Positions 1 to 10,432 of a stretch of DNA of 64,000 bases are shown here, piece by piece (position 1 is the first letter of the stretch; every line of letters begins with the position of its first letter). A program made the position numbers and the translations under genes. The stretch is from Candidatus Babeliales bacterium. GTDB taxonomy: Bacteria > Babelota > Babeliae > Babelales > JANWKD01. The notes beneath the pieces are model-generated. The model was not told the DNA's origin. It saw nothing but the letters and a program-made list of their open reading frames with translations, and made no database searches. Where the stretch lies: the NCBI GenBank assembly GCA_963722075.1, contig CAVRJM010000001.1, forward strand, positions 672,001 through 736,000. Reading direction: 5' to 3'.

Positions 1-43
1 ATTCCGAGTGAAACGTGGGAATCCATTAATAAATAAAAAAGTC
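1..43 (+). repeat. GTC-tagged REP-like hairpin unit (cut by window edge) plus AT-rich tail
   Basis: ATTCCGAGTGAAACGTGGGAATCCATTAATAAATAAAAAAGTC closely matches the copy at 48822-48863. Confidence 0.85.
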
Positions 44-50
44 ATTACAT

Positions 51-76
51 AAAAAAAGGCGAGTAAAAACTCGCCT
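51..76 (-). terminator. intrinsic terminator after rplM
   Basis: AGGCGAGT-aaaa-ACTCGCCT stem with an A-run on + (U-run on -), 28 bp below the rplM stop. Confidence 0.75.
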
Positions 77-104
77 CAAACTTCTTACCAAAAGAGCTCA
101 TTCG

Positions 105-557
105 TTACGCTGCAGATGCAGCTGCTTTCTTTTCTGTATTAACTTGTGCTTGATGTGGATGCTCAGCTCCAGGGTAAATTTTTAATTTTTTAATAATAAC
201 GCGGCTTAACTTTGATTTAGGTAACATACGACGAACAGCCAACTCAATAATCTGTGTTGGATCTTTTGCCATCATCTCTTTTGCCGTCATTGTTTTATAG
301 CCACCAATCCATCCTGAATAACGATCATAAATTTTCATTTCCATTTTATCACCACTTAATACAACCTTAGCCGCATTAGTAACAATAATATAATCACCGG
401 TATCAGTATGTGGAGTGTAATTTGGCTTATGTTTACCACGTAACATATCAGCAATTTGGGTAGCTAATCTACCTAAAATTTTACCTTCAGCATCTAACTC
501 AACCCAACGTGGGTTTCTATCTTCTTTTCTTACATAGAAGGTTCGATTCATATCCAT
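105..557 (-). CDS. rplM: 50S ribosomal protein L13
   Basis: W..LDAEGKILGRLA..IA..LRGKHKP.YTPH.DTGD and AVRRMLPK...HPH.AQ motifs. Confidence 0.98.
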   Translation of the reverse strand: MDMNRTFYVRKEDRNPRWVELDAEGKILGRLATQIADMLRGKHKPNYTPHTDTGDYIIVTNAAKVVLSGDKMEMKIYDRYSGWIGGYKTMTAKEMMAKDPTQIIELAVRRMLPKSKLSRVIIKKLKIYPGAEHPHQAQVNTEKKAAASAA

Positions 558-761
558 TAAATATCCTTAAATCACTTAAAAAGACTTTTGAGTGCTAAAA
601 AACAAACAGGGTAATACTAAGAGTAAAGAAAAACAGGTAAGAGGTCAATATTGGTAATTCTGTAAAAAACGCATCTTCTTAACGACAAATTTATTTTTAT
701 TTCAAATATACAATATTTATGGTAAAATGTAAATAAGAATTAATAATTGAGCGGAGAAAGT

Positions 762-3440
762 ATGCATTTAAAAAAAATTAGCACTTATTTTATTAGGTTA
801 TTATTTTTATTGTTAATAAATAATAATCTAATAGCAATGGAAAGCCCTACTTCAATAAATACATTGCCTTATTATAAAAAAGAGCATTTAGAAGAATTAA
901 AGAACAACAATATTCAACATCATACACCATGCGTTATTATTCTAGATGTCAAATTTGATGAAACACCCGAGCAATATAATATAGGGAACTTAACCTCAAC
1001 CCTCGCTGATGCAATTACATTAAAAATACCAACCATCGTTAGTTCATCAGTTCTTCATAATTTAATCGTAAGAAAACAACAAAAAGTTGATTCTAAACAT
1101 CCTGAAAATATAGATTTAATAAATAAAGCCAATAATTTAACAGAAGACGAATGGTTTTTATTTACCACCAGGTTAAGCAATTTTTTTATTCTTATTCCTA
1201 AATGGTATTTTGATATTTATGGAGATAATAAAGAGTTAGGTTTTGACCTATATAATCTTATTGGTGAGCCCACCGCATTACCTTCATCAAAAAACCTTGA
1301 TTTTACCAGCCTTATTTCTATAACTGATCTGCCTATTGATACAAACCAAACTGTTATTCTTGAAGCATTTAACGATATCTTTATAAAAAAACAAAAAAAA
1401 ACTGAAACTTATGTTCCAGAGAAAACACCATTCTGGGATTTTTTTGTTATTGGTCATGGAGATACCGATACAGCAATTGCTGGCGTTAAACCATTTATTT
1501 TTCGTAAAATTTTAAAATTTTTTAATGATTATATTGTAACTAACGTGGCTTACGTCACCTCATGTAACGCGGCTGGTAAAAACTTAAAACTTATACAATT
1601 TGCTAACACAGGTGCCGCGCAATTATTAAATTATATCTTAATTATAGGCGCCACAACTGATGCACCTGTATACGGACATATAGATTTAATAAGCTTTTTT
1701 GATGGTGCTGCTTCTTTAGAAGATAAAAGCAATAGCTTAGACAGATTGCTCACCAAAGTTCTGCCTGAAACAGAAATGGAATTGTCTCAATTTATTTCAA
1801 ATATTCCGCAAATATGGTTACCAGGAGGGTTAGGGTTTCAAACATATAATATTCATAATCGCATTGAGAACATTGGTTTAGTGAAAAATCTGGTACATGA
1901 AATTGAACATAAACCATTTGAAATTAATAAAAAACTTGCTGTTCTTATTTATCCATCAAAAATTAACGTACCAATGGAAGTTAATGTAGCAAGCACGCCC
2001 GTGCATTCTGAGGAAAAACGCGAATGGATATCATTATCGGTATCGTTTGGCGGACAGATTTTTGAAAAATATCCTACTTTCATATCAATGTTGCCGGGGG
2101 ATGCCATACATTTCTTTAAACATATAACGGTGGTAACACCTTCATTTGAACGTATGGGGCTCTTAACATTTATGAGAGATTCATTTTTAAATATTTCTGG
2201 TAGAGAAACAAAGAAAACAACCCTTATTGACACATTACATGGCAATAACGATTTTGAAGATATTTTAATGGCAGAAAGAAGAAAAAGGGTCAAAAGGGTC
2301 GGAAAAACAGCAATAAAAGAACCGCTTCATGAACTCGTAAATTTACCAAGCGATTTAGAATTAAAAAAAGTTATTATTGAGTCAAGCGGGAAATTGCTTT
2401 ATAATCCATCTGCCGAAACCGAACAGCAACAATTCTTATTTCATATTTATATTGCATTTGAATTTCAGGGAAATGCTTGGGAATTCACAGCAACTCAAGA
2501 CACCATTAAAAATGAACCTATAGGCTGGAATTTTAAAAAAATAGATGTATTGCAACATCAACAATATTATAACAAATTACAAAAAAAACTTGATTATCAA
2601 ATCCGTGAACGAGAAATCATACCTGTACCGACATTATTTAAGAAATTTGATTGGAATAAGTTTATTATCGTTGAGGCACTTAAATTAATACGCTCTACAG
2701 AAGAATTTAATAAGATTTCAAAACAACCCAAAATATACCCCGCATTAAATAGTTTTTTAAGAATCGTACGTGATCCTTCTCAAACATTCTATGCACAACT
2801 TTTTTCACCAAACATTGGTATCTTTGATGTTAATGAAGAAGTTAATAATTATCATTTATTTTCAACAAAAAAACAAAAACCAACAACAATTTTTAATATT
2901 ATTACCTGGTTAAGTTATTGGATCCAAATGCAACGTGAAGATTTTAAAAAACAGATTTTTTTCAGTAATCAATTACCATTGTATAATGATCTTTCTTCAA
3001 CATTAGAACTCAATAGATTACTTTCTGGTAGAATTAATATCCCCACAAAGGATACTTATCTTTTAGAAGAACTATTAAATCCAGAAATTGGCAAGCCAAT
3101 TATACTGGCACCTTTTATTGTTGAAATAACCCATTATCATGACACTATTTCATTTAATTTAGAATTTATTTTTAAAGAGCTTGGTTGGCAACTATCTACA
3201 AGCGTTTATAAAAAAGATAAAAGAGGATTGCCAGCTTATTATCCATGGGTTGTCAAACAAATCTCCGCTGAAGATGTTGCTCATAAATTTAATAGATACA
3301 AGCAACAAATCCTTGTTTATAAATTTCAAAGATATAAGCAGCAAATCGAAGAACCTCAAGAAAAAAAACCACAAAAATCGCTAAAGGACATTATTCTTAA
3401 AAAGTTAAAAGAATATAAGGAAAGTAGTAAAAGTGAATAA
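762..3440 (+). CDS. large secreted protein with putative clan CD cysteine protease domain; paralog of 14771-17686
   Basis: long ORF; GGAG before ATG 762; signal peptide ending LIA-ME; WDFFVIGHG...VTSC motif; extensive shared blocks with paralog. Confidence 0.75.
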   Translation: MHLKKISTYFIRLLFLLLINNNLIAMESPTSINTLPYYKKEHLEELKNNNIQHHTPCVIILDVKFDETPEQYNIGNLTSTLADAITLKIPTIVSSSVLHNLIVRKQQKVDSKHPENIDLINKANNLTEDEWFLFTTRLSNFFILIPKWYFDIYGDNKELGFDLYNLIGEPTALPSSKNLDFTSLISITDLPIDTNQTVILEAFNDIFIKKQKKTETYVPEKTPFWDFFVIGHGDTDTAIAGVKPFIFRKILKFFNDYIVTNVAYVTSCNAAGKNLKLIQFANTGAAQLLNYILIIGATTDAPVYGHIDLISFFDGAASLEDKSNSLDRLLTKVLPETEMELSQFISNIPQIWLPGGLGFQTYNIHNRIENIGLVKNLVHEIEHKPFEINKKLAVLIYPSKINVPMEVNVASTPVHSEEKREWISLSVSFGGQIFEKYPTFISMLPGDAIHFFKHITVVTPSFERMGLLTFMRDSFLNISGRETKKTTLIDTLHGNNDFEDILMAERRKRVKRVGKTAIKEPLHELVNLPSDLELKKVIIESSGKLLYNPSAETEQQQFLFHIYIAFEFQGNAWEFTATQDTIKNEPIGWNFKKIDVLQHQQYYNKLQKKLDYQIREREIIPVPTLFKKFDWNKFIIVEALKLIRSTEEFNKISKQPKIYPALNSFLRIVRDPSQTFYAQLFSPNIGIFDVNEEVNNYHLFSTKKQKPTTIFNIITWLSYWIQMQREDFKKQIFFSNQLPLYNDLSSTLELNRLLSGRINIPTKDTYLLEELLNPEIGKPIILAPFIVEITHYHDTISFNLEFIFKELGWQLSTSVYKKDKRGLPAYYPWVVKQISAEDVAHKFNRYKQQILVYKFQRYKQQIEEPQEKKPQKSLKDIILKKLKEYKESSKSE

Positions 3441-3567
3441 ATAATTTGCGTCATCGCCTCATTTTTATTACACTTAGATAATAATTATTTTTAACATATT
3501 TTAAGGTCGAAAACGCATTTAAATATCAAATTCAAAAGGTTTGATTAGAATAAGATTAATTTTGTAG

Positions 3568-3716
3568 CTGGATTGCTTAAGCAAGCCATGTCCGCCAAAG
3601 CCCCATCGGGCAAAGGCTGGATCGCAATGACGTTCTTTAAAATTCTTGGGTCAGTCGTCATTTCGAGCGTATCCGCCGTCGCCAAGAGCTATATCGGAGA
3701 TGAGTGCGGGATCCAG
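3568..3716. repeat. inverted REP doublet (3568-3631, 3657-3716), each unit carrying an inserted TCCGCC-type hairpin module
   Basis: CTGGATTGC...TCGCAATGAC and GTCATTTCGAG...GGGATCCAG termini; inserts at about 3587-3621 and 3672-3703. Confidence 0.8.
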
Positions 3717-3767
3717 GCTTAATTGTTTATCATTTAATGCGTTTATCACTGGATTTTAAGGTTTTCT

Positions 3768-5342
3768 ATGCAAGATTCATGGATCGTGTTGTTACCCCCG
3801 TTGGTAGTCCTTTGTTTGGCATTTATAACGAAAAGAATAATCCTTTCTCTTTTTGTAGGTATTGTTTTAGCCTCGGCCATAAAGGCAGATTTTATTATAC
3901 TTCCAACCATAGCGGTAATTAAAAATGCATTCATGAACCAGCTCATCAACTGGGATAATATTTATATTTTTTCATTTTTAATTGCTATCGGAATAATTAT
4001 ATCGTTAGTAACGTTAATTGGCGGGACACAGGCATATGCCCGGCTCATTAAAAAAAAGATTAAAACGGCTCGCGGTGCTGAATCGGCAAGCATTGTACTA
4101 TCGCTACTCTTATTATTTGATGACTTTTTTAGCAGTATCACGGTAGGCTCTATTATGCGGCCATTAACCGAGCATTTCTCGATACCGCGCGCTAAATTGG
4201 CTTTCTTAATTGATTCTATGGCGGCCCCATTAGTGGTAATAATGCCTATATCAAGTTGGATTGCTACCATGACTATGCAACTGGCTAAAGGCGGCGTTTC
4301 AGCAACAATGCAACCAGGTACCCTTATCATGAGCGAGCCATATTCGTTATACTTAAAAATAATCCCCTTTATTTTTTACTCCTTTATTTTGATAGCCTCA
4401 GTCATTTTTATTGTCCAATTTCGTATTTCATATGGACCTATGAAAAAGCATGAATTAGAATGCTATAAAGAGAATATCTCGAATGCCCCGATAAATTTGG
4501 CAGTAACAAAAAAGGGCAGTATTCTTGATTTCCTCATTCCAATGGGATTACTACTAGGCACTATTTTTGTTGCTATCTTATATGCAGGTAATTATCATCT
4601 TTTTGGAGGTAATAATTCATTTGTAATGGCTTTACAGCAAACTAATATCTTTTTAGCGCTTTTTATGGGAAGCACCATTTCGCTAATTATTTCTTTGGTC
4701 TTCTTTTTAGTAACACAGAAAGTTTCAATTAATAAAATACCCCTGTTGGTGAAGGAAGGCTTTTTATTAATGTATTCTTCCGTTACTATTCTCTTTTTTT
4801 CATGGGCTTTTAGTAATCTTCTTTTGGTAGATTTGCATAGTGGGGATTATTTGGCACAACTATTAAGTGGAAATATACCGCTCTTTTTACTACCTGCCCT
4901 CTTTTTTATAGTTTCTGCTGTTACTTCAATTGGCATTGGATCATCCTGGGGTACTATTGCTATTATGGTTCCGCTGGCTATTCCATTACTGGTACATCTT
5001 ATGAATATTCAAGTACCCGCCATGCCTCTTGATGTTCCCTTACTTTTTCCTACTCTTGGCGCCATATTTGCCGGAGCCGTAGCAGGAGACCATATTTCTC
5101 CGCTTTCAAGCACCACCGTAATGTCGGCTATGAGTAGCGGAACACCGTTGGCGCATCATGTACAAACGCAAATTCCCTATGCGCTTCCATCAATTATTTC
5201 ATCTATTATCGCCTATATTATTGCAGGTCTCTTAGTGCAGAAATCAATTGTCCTCAGTGCTATTCTTTCTTTAACCGTGGGGATAATCATTTGTTTTATT
5301 TTTCTATTAGTGCTTAATAATTGGTACAAAAAAAGAATCTAA
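3768..5342 (+). CDS. Na+/H+ antiporter NhaC family transporter
   Basis: polytopic membrane protein; FDDF, RAKLAFLIDSMAAP..PISSW, GSSWGT, GAVAGDHISPLSSTT motifs. Confidence 0.9.
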   Translation: MQDSWIVLLPPLVVLCLAFITKRIILSLFVGIVLASAIKADFIILPTIAVIKNAFMNQLINWDNIYIFSFLIAIGIIISLVTLIGGTQAYARLIKKKIKTARGAESASIVLSLLLLFDDFFSSITVGSIMRPLTEHFSIPRAKLAFLIDSMAAPLVVIMPISSWIATMTMQLAKGGVSATMQPGTLIMSEPYSLYLKIIPFIFYSFILIASVIFIVQFRISYGPMKKHELECYKENISNAPINLAVTKKGSILDFLIPMGLLLGTIFVAILYAGNYHLFGGNNSFVMALQQTNIFLALFMGSTISLIISLVFFLVTQKVSINKIPLLVKEGFLLMYSSVTILFFSWAFSNLLLVDLHSGDYLAQLLSGNIPLFLLPALFFIVSAVTSIGIGSSWGTIAIMVPLAIPLLVHLMNIQVPAMPLDVPLLFPTLGAIFAGAVAGDHISPLSSTTVMSAMSSGTPLAHHVQTQIPYALPSIISSIIAYIIAGLLVQKSIVLSAILSLTVGIIICFIFLLVLNNWYKKRI

Positions 5343-5433
5343 TAATTTTTGTACTCTAGTAGCATTTTGTGTATAATTATCGTTATTGTTGCTATTAAAA
5401 GTAAATAACAGTATTCATTACTCAAAGGATTAT

Positions 5434-5850
5434 ATGAAAAAAATAGCTCTATTTATTATGCTTGCCTCCCTAATGACTCTCAATATGCACGCGGAAACTC
5501 CTTATACGCCCTACCAGGTATCTACTACCTCAACACCCATAATTCCTGACCATGCATTACCAAGCAGTAGCTTGCGCGTAATTGGCTTAGTAGCAGCAGG
5601 TGGTGGTATCCTTTGTGTATGTACCGCAGTTTTGAAAAATCTTTTTGATAAAGTGTTTGAAGAGAATATAGGCGCAAATGAAGCTACTTTAAAACAGAAA
5701 CTTATTACTGCAGTACGCTATACCCTTGGATGCTCAGCTGCTGTAGCAGGAATTATAGTAGGATTGGTTACCATAGCTAATGCGGATACACCAAACTTCT
5801 TACTAGTAAATAAAGCTCCTACCATAGCTCCATCAGTAACAACTAACTAA
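5434..5850 (+). CDS. small exported membrane protein, paralog of 5974-6321
   Basis: AAGGA before ATG 5434; signal peptide plus two hydrophobic helices. Confidence 0.7.
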   Translation: MKKIALFIMLASLMTLNMHAETPYTPYQVSTTSTPIIPDHALPSSSLRVIGLVAAGGGILCVCTAVLKNLFDKVFEENIGANEATLKQKLITAVRYTLGCSAAVAGIIVGLVTIANADTPNFLLVNKAPTIAPSVTTN

Positions 5851-5876
5851 AATAATAATTTGCTTCAATAGTATGT

Positions 5877-5906
5877 AGGCCAAAGAAAATTCTTTGGCCT
5901 TTTTTT
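5877..5906 (+). terminator. intrinsic terminator
   Basis: AGGCCAAAGAA/TTCTTTGGCCT perfect stem followed by T-run. Confidence 0.85.
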
Positions 5907-5973
5907 CTTGAACTCTGCACCTTTTTAGATTAATGTATAAACAATTAATATCATCAATAAAAAAGAGCTGTCA

Positions 5974-6321
5974 ATGAAAAAAACTATTTTATTATTTCTG
6001 TTATTATCCATTTTAATCCCTAGCCATTTATTCTCAGTTAGCCCGATTTCAAACAATTCGCTCATGTATGATGCACGTTGTGTGATATCAACAACAATAA
6101 GTACCTCTCTTGGTATTTTAGGAATATGGATCATCAAAAAAAGTATCGATAAGATGCTTGATACGTGCTATGAAAATGAATCAATACCCATGAAAGAAAA
6201 GCTCGTAGCGTTGAGCGCTGAATCGTTTGCAACATTCATAGGATTACTCTGTAGCGTAGGCGGTAGTTTATTAGTAGTTATGGATTCCTACAAAGTTAAA
6301 TGTAAAGGCACCAATTACTAA
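5974..6321 (+). CDS. small exported membrane protein, paralog of 5434-5850
   Basis: signal peptide, two hydrophobic helices; DKMLD..NE..MKEKLV resembles DKVFE..NE..LKQKLI. Confidence 0.7.
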   Translation: MKKTILLFLLLSILIPSHLFSVSPISNNSLMYDARCVISTTISTSLGILGIWIIKKSIDKMLDTCYENESIPMKEKLVALSAESFATFIGLLCSVGGSLLVVMDSYKVKCKGTNY

Positions 6322-6323
6322 CC

Positions 6324-7628
6324 TTATTTTCTTCTTCGTGCATCTAGTATTGATTTTTCAATATCGTTCGGTTCTTTAGGCAACTGTTCGCTTAAACAAA
6401 TAGCGCCATCTGGAACAATCCAATAATCATCTTCAATACGAACACCTATTGATTCTTCAGGAATATAAATGCCGGGTTCGATGGTAATAACATCGCCTTC
6501 TTCAAGCGGTTGCGCATAATCACCAACATCATGCACTTCTAATCCTAGGAAATGCCCAATACCATGCAAGAAGTAATGTCCATAATGACGGTCTTCAAGA
6601 TATTTTTTTGCTAAATGATTTAATGATTTATCGGGATAATTTTTATTAGAAAGCCACATACCGGGTTTAGCAAGCGATGCTATATATGTTTGTGTTTCCA
6701 AGACCAAGGAATATATTTCTCTTTGGCGCGCTGAAAAAGTTCCTGAAACCGGATAGGTTCTAGTTAGATCAGCACAATAATGATTGTAACGAGCACCAAT
6801 ATCTATTACTACCAGATCACCTGAACTTATGATTGCTTCATTTTTTATATAATGCAAGATCGTACCATTTTTACCCGTTGCAACAATGCTAGTAAATGCA
6901 GCACTCGAGCCTGATGCAATGAAGGTATATTCTATTGCTGCTTGTACTTCACATTCCTTTTTACCCGGTTGAAACACTGAAAGCGCTGATTCATAAGCAT
7001 CGACTGTAATTTCAATTGCTTTATATAAATATTCTATTTCTCGTTTACTTTTTTTTCTACGCATCTGAGCAACTACCAATGAAATATCAATAAGAATCTC
7101 ATTAAACCATGGATTTTGTTGGGCAATACGTTGTAATACAAAGCGTTGTTCCATATAATCTGCGCCGTTGGTTGGATTCAACGTAAAAATTGTATACCCT
7201 TCAGCTGCCCATTTTTCTAGTAACTGCAACAAATTCTCATATTCTCGATGAGTAAAAAACGGATTACATTGGTAACCAGTACACTGATTGCCCAAATATT
7301 CAATTGAAGATAGCTGTAGTTCCTGTGCTTTTTGTTTATCTGGCGCAATAGCATCAGCTACCCATTTTTCGCGTTCTTTACCAAAATTAGGAACAAATAA
7401 GGTAGAAGAACCTTCTTCAACATCAATACTTACTACCGCAGCCGGCTCTTCAACACCCGTAAAGTAATAAAAGGAAGCATCTTGCCTAAATGGCCAGCCA
7501 TCGCGCTCAAAATTGGCAAACAAAAGAACTTTCGCCTTTTTAATATGCTTATATTGTTGTTGTATTAGCGTAATTAATTTCTGACGCCGCTCTGCAAAGA
7601 GAAAAAAATCAATTTTTTTATATACCAT
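6324..7628 (-). CDS. pepP: Xaa-Pro aminopeptidase (M24B)
   Basis: FRQDASFYYFTG N-domain; DIGA, ADLTRT, HGIGHFLGLEVHD, TIEPGIY, GVRIEDD metal ligands. Confidence 0.93.
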   Translation of the reverse strand: MVYKKIDFFLFAERRQKLITLIQQQYKHIKKAKVLLFANFERDGWPFRQDASFYYFTGVEEPAAVVSIDVEEGSSTLFVPNFGKEREKWVADAIAPDKQKAQELQLSSIEYLGNQCTGYQCNPFFTHREYENLLQLLEKWAAEGYTIFTLNPTNGADYMEQRFVLQRIAQQNPWFNEILIDISLVVAQMRRKKSKREIEYLYKAIEITVDAYESALSVFQPGKKECEVQAAIEYTFIASGSSAAFTSIVATGKNGTILHYIKNEAIISSGDLVVIDIGARYNHYCADLTRTYPVSGTFSARQREIYSLVLETQTYIASLAKPGMWLSNKNYPDKSLNHLAKKYLEDRHYGHYFLHGIGHFLGLEVHDVGDYAQPLEEGDVITIEPGIYIPEESIGVRIEDDYWIVPDGAICLSEQLPKEPNDIEKSILDARRRK

Positions 7629-7684
7629 AAAAAGCCCTCATGTAATAGTAGATGTTACTAATTATCGCATGAGGGCTTTTTTTT
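7629..7684 (-). terminator. terminator-like hairpin between ankyrin cluster and pepP
   Basis: AAAAAGCCCTCATG...CATGAGGGCTTTTT inverted repeat abutting the pepP start. Confidence 0.6.
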
Positions 7685-7714
7685 GCAAAGTACGTTATTT
7701 GTTTTTTAATATTT

Positions 7715-7880
7715 TTATTTATCGGTTAAGGCATCTTGTGATCTACGTAAAGCATCATATTTCTCAAACAATTCCACAAATGCCTTAGCGTTGAATAACT
7801 GAGCATACGTTCGCGGCGTGAATATTGAACCTTCCTCCCCTTGAAAAAATAAATCCGGATTTGCCCCATGTTGCAATAAT
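7715..7880 (-). pseudogene. C-terminal remnant of an ankyrin-cluster paralog
   Basis: LLQHGANPD...TPRTYAQ...AFVELFEKY matches the C-termini of the four upstream paralogs; the 5' part is absent and the fragment abuts a terminator. Confidence 0.75.
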
Positions 7881-7920
7881 AAAAAAGCCTCATGAGCTAT
7901 ATTACTCATGAGGCTTTTTT
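7881..7920 (-). terminator. intrinsic (possibly bidirectional) terminator
   Basis: AAAAAAGCCTCATGAG...CTCATGAGGCTTTTTT. Confidence 0.8.
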
Positions 7921-7936
7921 AATTTCTTAGCGTATC

Positions 7937-9238
7937 TTAATTATTCTTATATTCATTGAACAATTCTACAAATGCTTGTTTATCTGCATCATGTTCGGCA
8001 AACTTCAGTGGCGTAGTAATTATTTCGTCACCACCATCTTCTGTTTCATATGCTTGATCCATATTAGCTCCTGCTTTAATTAAAAATCGGGCTAATTCTT
8101 CATCATCAGTAACAATAGCAAATGCTAGGAATGGCATCCTAATATCTTTGTAATCGCCAATAACCAATGAGTTAGCACTTAATCCTGCATTTACAAGCTG
8201 TATAATAACATTAGAATAAACCTCGGCACCCCGCATACCATGAGTTGGCATATACCCTGGTATATAAAATTTAATATGTAAATTATTATCACAATCATTA
8301 GTATCAAACGCTCCATTATTCAAAAGATGTAAGGCACTATTAACGTTTGAACTACTAAGCGCTTTTGATAATAAAGTCTCCGTTTCTGAATATTTATTAA
8401 AACATAATGCCTGGTTAACATTTAGTCCGTTTTCTAAAAATAACTCCAGGGATTCTTGCCATGCTTCATTGAACGTTTTAAGCTGTTCATCTCCTAACTT
8501 GCCTCTAGATGCAGGTTTTTCATTCATCAATGTTAAAAGCTTTTTAACTAGGCATTTAAATTCGGGTAACAATTCAGGCTTCTTGTTAGCAGCATTAGCA
8601 TTTGTTTTTAATTCTTTCTTCAAATCTGATATCAATTCTAATACCATTCCATTTTTCATTGCAGCTAATAAATATTTCAATAAAGCGCCCATAGTAGATT
8701 CATCAACAACAAGTCGATAATGCGCCCTGCTTGATAGTGCAAAATTATGTAAAGCAATCATGGAATCAGCTAATTTACCTCCTTTAGCAACTCCCAATAA
8801 AATCTCATACACTATTTCAGCGGGTAATACATCATTTCCTATCGGCTGTTCATTTTCTATCGAATCTAATAGAATAGTGCTTTTATTGCATAGTGGATTT
8901 GGCTTTTTGATCATTTTTACATAAGAGATTGATTCCGGTACAGCATTGCCAATAAGCTGCCTTTCTTCTTTATTAACCTTTTTGGCTAAAGCTGTTCCTA
9001 CAACACCCAATTGCAATGCATTGGTTACTTGTGAGCCTTGCGGATGGTGTAACACATCGGTTTTAGAATCATTTGCTTGCGTTCGTCTCTGCCTCTGAAC
9101 AATAACAGGAACTTCGTCCTCACTTCTTGTACTTTCAGAAATTCCACTTACAATTTTGTTCCATAACCACATTGGAGAAGTATGGTGCATTATATTGATA
9201 GCAAATAATGTAATTAAAATAAAAATACGTTTATTCAT
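7937..9238 (-). CDS. secreted F-box-like/ankyrin-repeat protein
   Basis: signal peptide; VLPAEIVYEILL; LLENGLNVN, LIKAGANMD, TPLKFA ankyrin-like repeats. Confidence 0.85.
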   Translation of the reverse strand: MNKRIFILITLFAINIMHHTSPMWLWNKIVSGISESTRSEDEVPVIVQRQRRTQANDSKTDVLHHPQGSQVTNALQLGVVGTALAKKVNKEERQLIGNAVPESISYVKMIKKPNPLCNKSTILLDSIENEQPIGNDVLPAEIVYEILLGVAKGGKLADSMIALHNFALSSRAHYRLVVDESTMGALLKYLLAAMKNGMVLELISDLKKELKTNANAANKKPELLPEFKCLVKKLLTLMNEKPASRGKLGDEQLKTFNEAWQESLELFLENGLNVNQALCFNKYSETETLLSKALSSSNVNSALHLLNNGAFDTNDCDNNLHIKFYIPGYMPTHGMRGAEVYSNVIIQLVNAGLSANSLVIGDYKDIRMPFLAFAIVTDDEELARFLIKAGANMDQAYETEDGGDEIITTPLKFAEHDADKQAFVELFNEYKNN

Positions 9239-9262
9239 GTTTTTTCCTTTAATAATAATAAC

Positions 9263-10255
9263 TTAAAAATTATTTAATTTGTTGGAATATTGGTCAAATA
9301 GTGCTATAAATTCTTGCGCCTCATTTTGTTGAGCATATTTATAGGGTGTAACAAGTTTCAGCTCACGATCCCTATATTGAAGATGAGGATCAGCGCCATT
9401 TTTCAATAGAAATTCTGCTAAGTCTAGTAATTCGTACTCTACCGCATAACTCAGAAATGGGACACCTCCCCATTGAGTTTCATTCATTATGAGATTTCCA
9501 TTGGCCGTTAATCCTTTTTCAATTAATACTTTAAGTTGAGTCGCTGTAGCTGTAGGATTACTATACCGAGTATCTATTCTACAAGCATAATTAACCCCAG
9601 AATTTTTTCCATCTGCACCTTGCTCAAGAAGCTTTACTGCTAAATTCTGACAATCTAAATACAATGCTTTTGCTAGCAATGTCATTTTAATCATCTTCTC
9701 GTTTTCCCGCCGCATAGTCTCGACGTCTGTTAACCCCTGTTCATACAATACATAATTTTTATTAAGGCCTTGCTCTATTAACTTTAGAGCTAATTCTTGA
9801 AATTCCTGAATACCTTTCTTGTTGCTTTTTCTCACTCCACTTAACTTAATTAAGATTTCTAAATCTTTGAATATAGGTACTAACCTATGCTTATGTGCCA
9901 ATACATTTTCTGCCTCCTGAGCAGCTTGATGGTTTGATATAGAGGATAGTAATTTTTTTCGTATAGCCGCTCTGGTATGTTCATCCTTAATAAGATTTTT
10001 ATTTTGAGCACAGGTACACGCAAGATTATTTAATGCTTCTAAGATTTTTACCAAATTTTCGCCCGTTTTTATTTGCGGCTCTATTACATGCAACATTACC
10101 TTCGTTAATAGTTCCGGCGGTAATTCCATAAGAAAACACTTATTATTGATAGGTTTAGGACTGAAATAATCAACCATTTTTTGCCACATAGGATAGCTAT
10201 ACTGCATTCCACTCATAGCTATAGTAATAAATAAGATAAAAATACGTTTATTCAT
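9263..10255 (-). CDS. secreted F-box-like/ankyrin-repeat protein
   Basis: signal peptide; LMELPPELLTKVML F-box-like; LLEQGAD, FLLKNGADP, TPYKYA. Confidence 0.85.
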   Translation of the reverse strand: MNKRIFILFITIAMSGMQYSYPMWQKMVDYFSPKPINNKCFLMELPPELLTKVMLHVIEPQIKTGENLVKILEALNNLACTCAQNKNLIKDEHTRAAIRKKLLSSISNHQAAQEAENVLAHKHRLVPIFKDLEILIKLSGVRKSNKKGIQEFQELALKLIEQGLNKNYVLYEQGLTDVETMRRENEKMIKMTLLAKALYLDCQNLAVKLLEQGADGKNSGVNYACRIDTRYSNPTATATQLKVLIEKGLTANGNLIMNETQWGGVPFLSYAVEYELLDLAEFLLKNGADPHLQYRDRELKLVTPYKYAQQNEAQEFIALFDQYSNKLNNF

Positions 10256-10432
10256 ATGAGACCCCCTTTTTAAAATATTAATAACTGTAATTATATATTA
10301 CTATTATAATACAATTGTTTTCACATAGGGTCAACAGGGGGGAAGGCCATTTTCTCTGGAAACAGCTATAAAACAGTATATTTTCATTATTTTATGAGTT
10401 AAAGTGTGCTTTTTTGCATATCAGAAGATTTA

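Noticed and set aside
7881..7909. ATG start of ORF 7715-7909 as a real small gene
   Set aside because: The start lies inside a terminator hairpin; the coding-like part is an ankyrin-paralog C-terminal remnant.
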